From positions 5,185 through 69,184 of the forward strand of contig JAPDFW010000027.1 in assembly GCA_028826165.1 (NCBI GenBank): 64,000 bases of DNA, read 5' to 3'. A program made the translations under genes and the position numbers. Source of the DNA: Anaeramoeba ignava BMAN (lineage: Eukaryota; Protista; Anaeramoebae). The number at the start of each line of letters is the position of its first letter. Within the stretch, counting starts at the first letter, position 1. The notes under the pieces are model-generated. The model worked only from the letters and a program-made list of their open reading frames with translations, ran no database searches and was not told the origin of the DNA. Positions 36,825 through 49,680 of this stretch are shown here, piece after piece.

Positions 36825-39242
36825 ATGGATGAATTTGAAGAAGTTGTTGGTGTTTGGTTAACACCAGAAAAAAAACGGGATCAAACTTATCTTAGATATC
36901 ATCATGGGTCAAAGGAATTACATGGATGTGCAGCAGTTTTTGATCAAAATTCAATACCCACAGAAATTGAATTCTTTTATCATAATTGGAGAATTGGTAA
37001 TAAATGAAAAAAATTAAATTAAATTAAATTAAATTAAAAAAAATAAATTGGAAAAATTAAATTGGAAAAATTAAATAAAATTAAATTGAAAAAATTTAAA
37101 TTAAATTAAATTTTTTCTCATTAGCAAGTTTTGGATCTTTTCAAGGCCATTTAATCCCAAAAGAGGTAATTTGAATTTCAAAAATATAAATATAAAAAAA
37201 ATTTTTTTGCTTTTTTTGAAATTTAAATTTTGCTTTTCATCTTTAAAAGGATCCAAAACAAAGATTAATTCGATTACAAGGATTTCTTAAAAAAGAAGGT
37301 GGAAGACATAAATCAGTTAAAAAAAGATGGTTTGAATTAGATGATTTTAAATTAACTTATTCAAAAAACCAAAATTCACCATCAATTGATGAAATTAAAT
37401 TACGTTCTGTAATTATTTTTAAAAGAAAAAGAAAAAGAAAAAGAAAAATGAAAAGAAATGTTTGATTGTTTATAATTTCTATTCAAAATTTTCCAGGTTT
37501 TTTCTTTATCAAAACAACACGACAAAAATCAAATTAATCTTCACACTACAAATCGAATATATGTAATTCAACCTGAAAGCCATTCTGGATTTCAAACATG
37601 GTATAATGCAATTCACAAAATTAATGAATTGAGAAAATTAGTAGATCAAAATTTACCGATCGCAAAAGTAATTTTTTTGTTTTGATTTTGATTTTAATTT
37701 TAATTTTGATTTTAATTTTATTTTGATTTTAATTTTAATTTTGATTTTAATTTTAATTTTGATTTTAATTTTAATTTTAATTTTAATTTTAATTTTAATT
37801 TTGATTTTAATTTTAATTTTGATTTTAATTTTAATTTTAATTTTAATTTTGATTTTAATTTTAATTTTAATTTTGATTTTAATTTTAATTTTAATTTTAA
37901 TTTTGATTTTAATTTTAATTTTAATTTTGATTATAATTTTAATTTTGTAAAAAATTTCCAAAAATAAAAGTGTTTTTTAGATCAAACAATTCAACCTGTT
38001 GACCAATTAATGATTGACAAAATTCAAAAAGGAAATCTGAATAAAAAGAATGTCCATCATTTCAAGAATATCAATGGAGAAGGATTATTTCTTCATTTCT
38101 TAAAACTAAACTCCCAAGATTTGCTTCTTGAGTTGTTGAAATTAGACTATAATTTCAAAGTAACAAATGAACTTTCAAAGATTAATGAAGAGCAACATAA
38201 ACAATATTTCAAAGAATGGGACAATAAGGAATTAATTTTGCATTTTTTGGATGTTTTGAATTCATTGAATTTTTCGATTAGTTTTGAGATCTTAGAATAT
38301 TGGTATTCGTCTCTTGTGATAAAAAACCAAAACACAGAAAATCAAGAACATGACAAAATTGAAACCAGTGATAATTTTTCTCAAGAATTCATTTCAAAGG
38401 ATATTCGAATTTCTAAATTTGATGAAGCTTCAAGATTATTAAAAGAAAAAATCAAATTAACAGAAATTTTCCACAAACGAGAAAAGCAACTGGATTTGAA
38501 TGAAACGGTTTATTTATCCGAATTGACGAATATCATGAACCATTTGAGCAAGCATCAGATGATATTGGCTTCGCTCCAAAAAACATTTGATCAAAATAGG
38601 GAAACAATTGAATCTCTTGAAAAAGAAATCAATGGAGATGATGAATCTGAACAAGTTGATGAACCACAAGATTCTCAGAATGAAAAAATTGAAGAACTTG
38701 AGAATTATAAAAAAATCATTTCCAATTTGAAGGATGATTTGAACTCAAAAACTAAAATGATTCAAGATTACCAAAAACAAGGAGATTCTCCAAAATTTCC
38801 AAGATCCAATATTTCAAAAGCTCCACAAAATCAACTTCAAGAAATAGAGAATGAAATCAATGAGAATAAGAAGTCATTTAATAAATTGAAAGAAGAAAAC
38901 AAAAACGAAACCAATCAAAAAAGTCAAGAAATGGATAAATTGAAGCAAGAACTTGAATCTAAAGAAATGTTAATTGAAAGTGAAAGGAAAAAAATTGTTA
39001 AATTAAAGGAATTAAAGGACAGAGCAATTGCAGATATTGCAAGAGAAAAATCTAAAATAAAAGCAATTACTGTTTCAAATCAAAAAATTCTTGAAAAGAA
39101 TCAAAAGAAAAAAGAAGATTTAGCTGCAAGATTACAGAAATTAAAACTTGAAATGCAAACTGAAAAAAATAGGAATAAAAGAATTAATGAACAAATTGAA
39201 AAAACAAAAAAACAAATTGAGGAATCATCAAAAAAGGTTTGA
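36825..39242 (+). CDS. PH-domain plus coiled-coil protein; exons 36825-36996, 37125-37165, 37250-37408, 37497-37667, 37971-39242
   Basis: LQGFLKKEGGRHKSVKKRWFELDDFKLTYSK..RIYVIQ..FQTWYNAI PH signature; E/K/Q-rich heptad C-terminus; consistent phases. Confidence 0.8.
37680..37945. repeat. (TTTAAT/TTTGAT)n array in PH-protein intron 4
   Basis: Tandem periodicity. Confidence 0.9.
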
Positions 39243-39411
39243 AAAAACAACAAAAAGAAAACAACAAGAAAAACAACAAGAAGAAAAAAACAAGAAAACA
39301 AGAAAAAGAAAAAAACAACAAGAAAACAAGAAAACAAGAAAATGATTTTTTATGCAAATCTTGTCGTTTTTTGTGTTTATTTTTTTTATAATTTTTGAAG
39401 AAAAATAATTC

Positions 39412-40005
39412 AAAATTCAAAAATCAAAATTTAAAATCAAAATTCAAAATTCAAAATTTAAAATCAAAATTCAAAATGAAAATCAAAATTCAAAATTTAA
39501 AATTTAAAATTTAAAATTTAAAATTCAAAATCAAAATTCAAAATTTAAAATTCAAAATTCAAAATTTAAAATTCAAAATTAAAATTCAAAATTTAAAATT
39601 TAAAATTTAAAATCAAAATTTAAAATGAAAATCAAAATTCAAAATTTGAAATTTAAAATTCAAAATTTAAAATTCAAAATTTAAAATTGAAATTTAAAAT
39701 TCAAAATTTAAAATTCAAAATTCAAAATTGAAATTTAAAATTCAAAATTTAAAATTCAAACTGAAAATTTATAACTTAAAATCAAAATTTAAAATTCAAA
39801 CTGAAAATCAAAATTCAAAATTCAAAATTCAAAATTTAAAATTCAAAATTCAAATTAAAAATTCAAAATTGAAAATCAAAATTTAAAATTTAAAAAATCA
39901 AAATTCAAAATTCAAAATTCCAAATTTAAAATTCAAATTAAAAATTCAAAATTCAAAATTTAAAATTTAAAATTTAAAAAACAAAATTCAAAATTTAAAA
40001 TTTAA
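39412..40005. repeat. Intergenic heptamer/hexamer satellite (AAAATTC/AAAATTT)n
   Basis: Tandem periodicity. Confidence 0.9.
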
Positions 40006-40061
40006 AAAATAAAAATAAAATTTTTTTCATTTTCATTTTTTTTCTTTTTCATTTTTTCTTC

Positions 40062-43000
40062 ATGATGTGGAATTATTTCTTAATTATTGTTTGGTTAATA
40101 ATTCTTCATTCATTAGGTTTACATCTTTTTATTGGAGGTTTTTTATTATCTAGATCTGAAATTCCAAATAAAAGTGAATGTGGAAATTTACCAAAACATT
40201 TAATTGATAAAAAAGAAATAAAAACTTTAATAAATGATAAAAAATATGGACTTCAAAAAGGATGTTGGTTTCCTCAAAAATTTGATAAAGCTATATTTTT
40301 TATAATTGATGCTCTTCGATTTGATATGATTTTCTCTCCAAAAACAAATTCAGATGATTTTGAAATTAAATCACCTTTTCAATATGAACCTCTTCAAGTT
40401 GTTTCTCAACTTAGAGAAGAAAAACCTTTGAATTCTTTACTATTTAAATTTATTGCAGATCCACCAACAACAACAATGCAAAGACTAATGGTGAAATTTA
40501 AAATTAAAATTAAAATTAAAATTAAAATTAAAATTAAAATTAATTAAAATTAAAATTAAAATTCATTTATAATATTAAAATTAAAATTAAAATTAATATT
40601 AAAATTAAAATTAAAATTAAAATTAAAATTAAAATTAAAATTAAAATTAAAATTAAAATTAAAATTAATATTAAAATTAAAATTAAAATTAAAATTAAAA
40701 TTAAAATTAAAATTCATTTATAATATTAAAATCAAAATTAAAATTAAAATTAAAATCAAAATTAAAATTAAAATTAATATTAAAATTAAAATTAATATTA
40801 AAATTATTATTAAAATTAATATCAAAATTAATATTAAAATTAAAATTAAAATTAAAAATTAAAATTAAAATTAAAATTAAAATTAAAATTAAAATTAAAA
40901 ATTAAAATTAAAATTAAAATCTAAAATTAAAATTAAAATTAAAATTAAAATTAAAATTAAAATTAAAATTAAAATTAATATTAAAATTAATATTAAAATT
41001 AATATTAAAATTAAAATTAATATTAAAATTAAAATTAAAATTAATATCAAAATTAATATTAAAATTAAAATTAAAATTAAAATTAAAATTAAAATTCATT
41101 TATAATATTAAAATCAAAATTAAAATTAAAATTAAAATCAAAATTAATATTAAAATTAAAATTAATATTAAAATTAATATTAAAATTTAAATTAAAATTA
41201 AAATCAAAATTCATTTATAAAATTATATCTATAAATATAGGGATTAACTGCTGGAGGAATTCCAACATTTTTTGATATGAGAGAAAATTTTCAATCAGAT
41301 GAAATTTCAGATGATAATATCATTTCACAACTTCAAAAAAACAACAAAAGAATTACATTTATGGGAGATGATACATGGGCAAGATTATTTCCAAATTCAT
41401 TTACAAAATCATTTCCTTTTGATTCGTTTAATTCGAAGGATCTATACACAGTAGATAATGGGATAAAAAGTCATTTATTTGAAGAAATAAAAATGGGTGA
41501 TTTCACACTTTTAATTGCACATTTTCTTGGAGTTGATCATGCAGCACATACATTCACATGCCATTCACAAAGTATGATCAAAAAACTCGAAGAATTTAAT
41601 CAAGCAATCAAGGATGTAATTAAAATCATGGATGATTCAACATTGTTGTTTATTTTTGGAGATCATGGAATTACAATCCATGGTGATCATGGCGGTGGTT
41701 CTTCAGAGGAAGTTGAATCAGGCTTATTTATTTATTCAAAAAAACAATTACTTTTGGAAAAGCAAGTTTTCAATGATGGAATGCAACCAAAAGCAATTCC
41801 TCAAATTGATTTTGTTCCGACATTTTCATTGTTAATGGGATTACCTATTCCATATGGGAATTTGGGGAAATTAATACCAGAATTATTCCAAATTTTCTCT
41901 GTTTCCGATTCAGAAGAATCTAACAAATTATTTACAAATATATTTCTTGAAAATGGATTGCAAATAAATGCAGAACAAGTATTGGAATATATTTTGGATT
42001 ATGTGGATTTTACAAAGGCTCAAAGCTTCCCTTCTTATAAAATTCAGGAATTAATGAATCATTATAACGATATTTTTGAATTGCATCATAAAGGCAGGTT
42101 GAAACTAAATCAAAATGGAGATATTTTATCAAAGCAACCATCAGATTACACAGATGAAGATAAAGAAATTATTGAAGAAATGAGTAATTTATTCCAAGAT
42201 ATAAATCAAAAATGGTTGAGTTTACTGGAAAAAACATTTGAAATGTGCCGTATTTTGTGGACAGTTTTTGACGTAAATAAAATGATATCAGGGATTTCAA
42301 TCATGTTTTTAAGCGCATTTGTCATGCTTTTTCAATGGATATTTTCTTTGGAAATTTCCGTCAAGAAAATTTATTCAATAATCGCATTTTCACTTTTGAT
42401 TTCAGGATTAATTTATATATCACCAACACAAAATTTGTCAGCAGATAAATCAACATTATTATATCCAATCTTTAATTTGGTGGATAAAATGTCGTTTATG
42501 TACATGATAATTGCTTTGCCGTCTGTGATATACTATTTTAAACAAGTTTATCATCATTTAAAACAAAATCAAAATCAAAATCAAAATCAAAATCAAAAGA
42601 AAAAGAAAAAATCTTCGAAATTTAAATTCTTTGTGTATTTCACTCCTTTTTTGATTTCAATATTCTTCTCTTCTTCGTTAATATCGAACAGCTTTATTCT
42701 CAAAGAAGGAAATGTTATAATCTATTTGATATCTTCTTTATTGGTATTTGTTTTGATGATCATATTTCATGATAACCCAGAAAATTTGACTATGAACAAA
42801 ATTCTCAAGACAATTCTCATCATTGCATGTTTGAAATACACATCAATTTTCACAGAAGAACGAGAATTTTACGATAAAAAAAGTGATATCCAAGAAAAAA
42901 TTCGGAAATTTATGATGGATATTCCGTTAGTGATAATTTTAGCGATTTTTCTCTTAGTTTTTTTTCTTGTGATAAGGATACTAAAGAAACTGAAAACATG

Positions 43001-44090
43001 GAAAAAGGAAACGAAAAAATATCTCTCTTTGTTTGGTTCAGCTCCATTAGTTCTTATTTGTATTTATTGGTTTGTTGCAGGAACTCCTATTGAAGAAATT
43101 TTGGGAAGCTCTTTGATTAATATTTTTCCAAAAAGTATTTACATTTTAACACTAATTGGAATAATTGGTTTTGTTGCATTTCCAATAGTCCACAATTCAG
43201 AAGAAAAAGAAAACAAAAAATTTATGGATCTTTTAGAATCTCTTGAAAAAGAAAAAAATAATGAAAATAATGAAAATAATCAAAATAATCAAAATCCAGA
43301 TTCAAAAAAATCAACTTTAAAATATGACGAAATCATTTCTAAAATTCATCCAGTCTCCTTAATGACTTCCATTTCTTCAACCTTTTTGTTGATGTTTTTG
43401 AGCTTTTCAATTATTATAACGTTGATTGTTGGGAAATATTTTGTTGCTCATATTTTATGCATTTTTTTGATCACAATATCGCTTGTTGACATTACTAGAT
43501 CGAAAATGAAATCATTAATTAACTTTGAAGCCAATCCACTTGCGAAGGGTGTTGAAAATTTCATTGTTCTCATTGTGTACTTGCTAATCAGACACTTCTT
43601 TTTTTCTTCAAGCCACAATATGACAGTCACTTCAATTAAATTTCAAGTTGCCTTTATTGGATTCGATGATTTTAATTTTTATGTATCGGGTTTGCTTGTT
43701 GTTTTGGACACATTTTGCTCAGCATTTTTGTTTGTTCCACTTTTCCCTGTTTTGTTTGCAATCCCACAACAAATTCAAATCAGGATTTCGAATATGAAAA
43801 ATGATTTTGTCAAAGAATTGATTCAAATTGGCAAAAAATTCGATTTTATTTGTTCTAAATTAAAACGTCCTTTTATGTTCTTGATGCTTTTGTTTACTTT
43901 GAATATTGCGTTATATTCAATGTTTCTTGCTATTCATAGACGTCATTTAATGCTCTGGGCAATTTTCGCACCAAGATTTCTTTTTGATTCATTACTAGTC
44001 TTTATCATAGATTCTTTGGTTTTGGTGGTTTTAATTATTTTGATTCGAATTAGAAAACGAACAATTAACTTCCAATTAACTTCTAATTAA
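40062..44090 (+). CDS. PIGO: GPI ethanolamine-phosphate transferase 3 (PIG-O/Gpi13); exons 40062-40490 and 41241-44090
   Basis: GFLLSR, IIDALRFD, ADPPTTTMQRLM/GLTAG, FMGDDTW, AHFLGVDHAAH, GDHGITIHGDHGG, QIDFVPT, HRRHLMLWAIFAPRFLF. Confidence 0.95.
40495..41220. repeat. (AAAATT/AATATT)n array filling PIG-O intron (40491-41240)
   Basis: Tandem periodicity. Confidence 0.92.
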
Positions 44091-44572
44091 CAAATTAGTT
44101 TACTTTTTAAACCAAAATTTTAATAGAAAAGTGGAATTAAAAAGAAAATCTTCTTTTTCTTTTTCTTTTTCTTTTTCTTTTTCTTTGCTTTTTTTTTTTT
44201 TTTGATCAATAAAAATAAAAAGAAAATTTTTTTAAAAAGAAAATTCCATTTTTTTAAATTAAAGAAAAGCTTATTTAAATTGAAATTTGTTTTAAAAATT
44301 AAAATTAAAATAAAAAAATAAATATAAATAAGTTTTGAATAGTTTAATTTTGAAAGCAAAAAAAGAAAAAATAATTTAATAAAAAAAACATTTTTTAATT
44401 ATTTTTTGCTTTTTATTTTAATAATAAAAAAAAAATATTTAAATTTTGGAACACAGAAACAAAAAGAAATAAATATTTCCTTTTCATTTTTTTCTTTTCT
44501 TTCTTTCTTTCTTTCTTTTTTTATTTTTTTATTTTTTTTTTTTATTTTTTTTCAAACACAATAACATAAAAA

Positions 44573-47500
44573 ATGAGTCAAGACTTTATTAAAAACCAAC
44601 AAAATTCCATTTGGAAACAACAAGAAAACGGAAACGGAAATGGAAATGGAAATGGAAAAGAAAATGAAATAAAACAACAAGAAAAAAATGTTTCGTTAAA
44701 AACAACCCCAAAAAAACAATTGAATTCAATTAAATTAGAATCAATAGAAAATGATTCTAATCCCATTAATAAAAGAACCAATAACGAATCAAAAGCAAAT
44801 TCAAATTTAAAAACAAAAGCAAATCCACCTCCTTTACAATTTCAATTTTCTGCAAGAAATGATAATGTGGATATTTCTTATACCCAAAAAAACAACAACA
44901 ATAAAATTATATATAAAATTATATATAAAATTATTTATAAAATTATATATAAAACAACAACAATAAAATTATATATAAAATTATATATAAAATTATTTAT
45001 AAAATTATATATAAAATTATTTATTAAATTATTTATAAAATTATTTATAAAATTATTTATTAAATTATTTATTAAATTATTTATAAAATTATTTATAAAA
45101 TTATTTATAAAATTATTTATAAAATTATATATAAAATTATATATAAAATTATTTATTAAATTATTTATAAAATTATTTATAAAATTATTTATAAAATTAA
45201 ATATAAAATTAAATATAAAATTATTTATAAAATTGTTTATAAAATTATATATTAAATTATTTATAAAATTATTTATTAAATTATTTATAAAATATATTAA
45301 ATTAAATATAAAAATTTATAAAATTATTTATAAAATTATTTATAAAATTATTTATAAAATTATATTTATAAAATTATTTATAAAATTATTTATTAAATTA
45401 TTTATAAAATTATTTATAAAATTAATTATAAAATTATTTATTAAATTATTTATAAAATTAATTATAAAATTATTTATAAAATTATTTATAAAATTATTTA
45501 TAAAATTAAATATTAAATTATTTATTAAATTATTTATTAAATTATTTATAAAATTATTTATAAAATTAATTATAAAATTAATTATAAAATTATTTATTAA
45601 ATTAAATATAAAAATTATTTATAAAATTATATATAAAATTAAATATAAAATTATTTATTAAATTTATTTATTAAATTATTTATTAAATTATTTATTAAAT
45701 TATTTAAATTATTTATTAATTTTTATATAAAATTATATATAAAATTATTTTATTAAAAAATTATATAAAATTATTTATAAAATTATTTATAAAATTATTT
45801 ATAAAATTATTTATTAAATTATTTATTAAATTATATATAAAAATTATATATTAAATTATTTATAAAATTATATATAAAATTATTTATTAAATTATATATA
45901 AAATTATTTATTAAAATTATATATAAAAATTAAATATTAAATTATTTATAAAATTATATATAAAATTATTTATAAAATTATTTATAAAATTAATTATTAA
46001 ATTATATATTAAATTATTTATAAAATTATTTTATAAAATTATATATAAAATTATATATAAAATTATATATAAAAAATTATATATAAAATTATTTATTTAA
46101 ATTATTTATAAAAAAATTATAAAATTAATTTATAAAATTAAATATAAAATTATTTATTTATAAAATTATATATAAAAATTATTTATAAAATTATTATTAA
46201 ATTATATATAAAATTATATATAAAATTAATTATTAAATTATTTATAAAATTAATTATAAAATTATTTATAAAATTAAATATAAAAATTATTTATAAAATT
46301 ATTATTTATAAAATTAAATATAAAATTAAATTATAAAATTATTTATAAAATTATATATAAAATTAAATATAAAATTATTTATAAAATTATTTATTAAATT
46401 ATATATAAATTATTTATATAAAATTATATAAAATTATTTATAAAATTAAATATAAAATTATTTTATAAAATTATTTATAAAATTATTATATAAAAATTAT
46501 ATATAAAATTTATATAAAATTAATATAAAATTATTTATATAAAATTATTTATAAAATTATATATTAAATTATATATATAAATTATTTATAAAATTATATA
46601 TTAAATTATTTATAAAATTATATATATAAAAATTATATATAAAAATTATTTATAAAATTATTTATTAATTTTTATAAAATTATATATTAAATTATATATA
46701 AAATTATATATAAAATTATATATAAAATTATATATAAAATTATATATATTAAATTATTTATATAAAATTATTTATAAAATTAAATATAAAATTAATTATT
46801 AAATTATTTATAAAATTATTTATAAAATTATTTATAAAATTATTTATAAAAATTATTTATTAATTATTTATAAAATTAAATATAAAATTAAATATAAAAT
46901 TAAATATAAAATTATATATAAAAATTAAATATAAAAATTAAATATAAAATTTCATATATAAAATTATTTATAAAATTATATATTAAATTATTTATAAAAT
47001 TATATATATTAAATTATATATAAAATTATTTTATAAAATTATTTATAAAATTATTTATAAAATTATTTATTAAATTATTTATTAAATTATTTATTAAATT
47101 AAATATAAAATTATTTATAAAATTATTTATAAAATTATATTTATAAAATTATTTATAAAATTATTTATTAAATTATTTATTAAATTATTTATTAAATTAT
47201 TTATTAAATTATTTATAAAAATTATTTATTAAATTATTTATTAAATTATTTATAAAATTATTTATAAAATTATATATAAAATTATTTATAAAATTATTTA
47301 TAAAATTATTTATAAAATTATTTATAAAATTATATATAAAATTATATATAAAATTATATATAAAATTATATATAAAATTATATATAAAATTATATATAAA
47401 ATTATTTATAAAATTATTTATTAAATTATTTATAAAATTATATATAAAATTATATATTAAATTATTTATAAAATTATTTATAAAATTATTTATAAATTTA

Positions 47501-49306
47501 TTTATAAAATTATTTATATAATTAAATATAAAATTATTTATAATATTCTTTTTTTTTTTTTGAATTATAAAAATAGGATATTTTATTTATTCATGACTCT
47601 TTTGAATTTGGAGATGGTGTTGATTCACCTCGGCATACTATTTTTGTTCCTCCAACTCCAAAAGTGGATGATTTAGTAGAAAAAGAAAAGATGAAATTTG
47701 TTGGAGTAACAACACAAACAAGTAAAAAAACAGAAGAAATGACAAAACAACTTGGAAATCTAAGTCTTGAAGAAACAAAAGAACAAGAAAAAGCACAAGA
47801 GAATCAAGTTCAAAACGAGCAAATTAATCATGATCATTCATATCAAACAGAACCAAATATGAACCATAATGTAAATCATAATTTGCCACAACCAATATAT
47901 GCAACTTTCCCAACAAATGTCCCTAAATCTGATGAACAACTTAGTTCTCATTATCCATTTTTTCCAAATCAAGAAAATCAATATCCACAAATGTCTTCTA
48001 ATCCTTATGATTCAATGACTTTTTCTATGGTTTCTCAAAATTCTATTCCTTTTCCTCATCAGAATAATAATACTAATACCAATACTAGTACTTTTCATGT
48101 CCCAGTTTCGGAAAAAGGACCTGTTCTTACATTCCCTTTGGTTTCAGTTGATCTTTTCTCTGAAAATTTAACTCCCATTTTTATTCCCGAATTTATTGAA
48201 GTTTGGAATTTTAAAATCTAATATGAAAAAAAAAATAATGTAAAATCTAATTGTTTTTTTTTCCTTTCGTTTAGCTTTGTAAAAGCCAATTTAGTTGCCG
48301 ATTCCTTCAAAACAAAATTGAAACAAACTCGCAAGAATTTATAAATGGATTAATTTTTTTAATACAAAATAATTTTATTGAATTGATGGTGAATCAATTT
48401 GGAAATTATCTTTGCCAAAAAATTTTTGAATTTTGCACACAAGAACAAAGAACATTTATTATCAGCAAAATAGCAGTCTCTATTCCGAAAGTGTCGTTGA
48501 ATATTTATGGAACAAGAGCAGTCCAAAAATTGATTGATTCCGTGACAACTGAAGATCAAAAAAAAGCTGTTTTGGCTCAAATTGAAAGAAATACAATAGA
48601 GCTAATAAACAATTCGAACGGAAATCATGTTATTCAAAGATGCTTGCAAAAATTTTCATCCGCAGAAAATGATGTATATAAAGAGAATAATCCATTAATT
48701 CATTTATTTACTTACATGAAAGGAAATTTAATATTTCATTTTCTTTGTTTTTTTGTGAATATTTAGAAAATCTTTTCCTCCATTATTAATAATTGTGTCC
48801 AAATCGCAACTGACAAATATGGCTGTTGTGTTCTTCAACGCTGCTTTGATTTTGCATCAAATGAACAAAGAGACGGGCTTTATGAGAAAGTTCGGGAAAA
48901 TGCCATTTTATTGGTAGAAGATCAATACGCAAATTACGTTGTTCAGCATATTTTAGAATCTCCTAATTTTGCAGATTCCTTTATCCCAAAAATCATTCCT
49001 CATTTTGTGGATCTTTCTGTGCAAAAATTCTCTTCAAATGTTGTGGAAAAATGCTTAAAAGTTGCCAATAACACAATCAAACAGAAACTAATTGAACAAC
49101 TTGTATCAAAACAAGAAAACGTTTTAAAACTTCTACATGACCCTTATGCAAACTATGTGATCCAAACAACAATAAATGTTGCAAATCAAGAACAACAAAT
49201 TTATATTGCTGAAAGAATTAAACCCAATTTATCATCAATCCAAAATCCTTCTTTTCGTAATCGTTTAACAAAAAGAGTGCTTCAAATTCTTGGTAATTCT
49301 GATTGA
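44573..49306 (+). CDS. Pumilio/PUF RNA-binding protein (Puf4-like); exons 44573-44866, 47577-48200, 48275-48673, 48767-49306
   Basis: Eight PUF repeats: SCRFLQ, NYLCQ, TRAVQ, NHVIQ, CCVLQ, NYVVQ, SNVVE, NYVIQ; phase-0 junctions; first donor GTGGAT (44867) is less certain. Confidence 0.88.
44890..47542 (+). repeat. ~2.65 kb 12-bp satellite (ATAAAATTATTT/ATAAAATTATAT/ATTAAATTATTT) filling PUF intron 1
   Basis: Same core unit as 1069-4462. Confidence 0.95.
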
Positions 49307-49533
49307 TTGATTAATTGATTAATTAATTGAATGAATTCGTTTCAAAGATATATCTTTATCAAATTGTGGTTTATTTTATTTTTTTTTTGTGTGTGGTTGT
49401 TTTGTTTTTTTTCTTTGATAGAAAAACACAGTAAAATATTATTTTCCACTTTATGATTTCTAAAAAAAAAGAAGAAGAAAAAGAAAATCAAATTTAAAAA
49501 GCAAAATTGGAAAATGGAAAAAATTTGGATTTT

Positions 49534-49573
<40 letters not shown>

Positions 49574-49680
49574 TTTTGAACATTGGATGATTTGAAATCA
49601 TTATCAATTTAATTTGATAAAAAGTAAATAAGTTCTTTTTTGTTATTTTTTTCTTTTTTTAAAAAAAATTTTTTGGAAAA

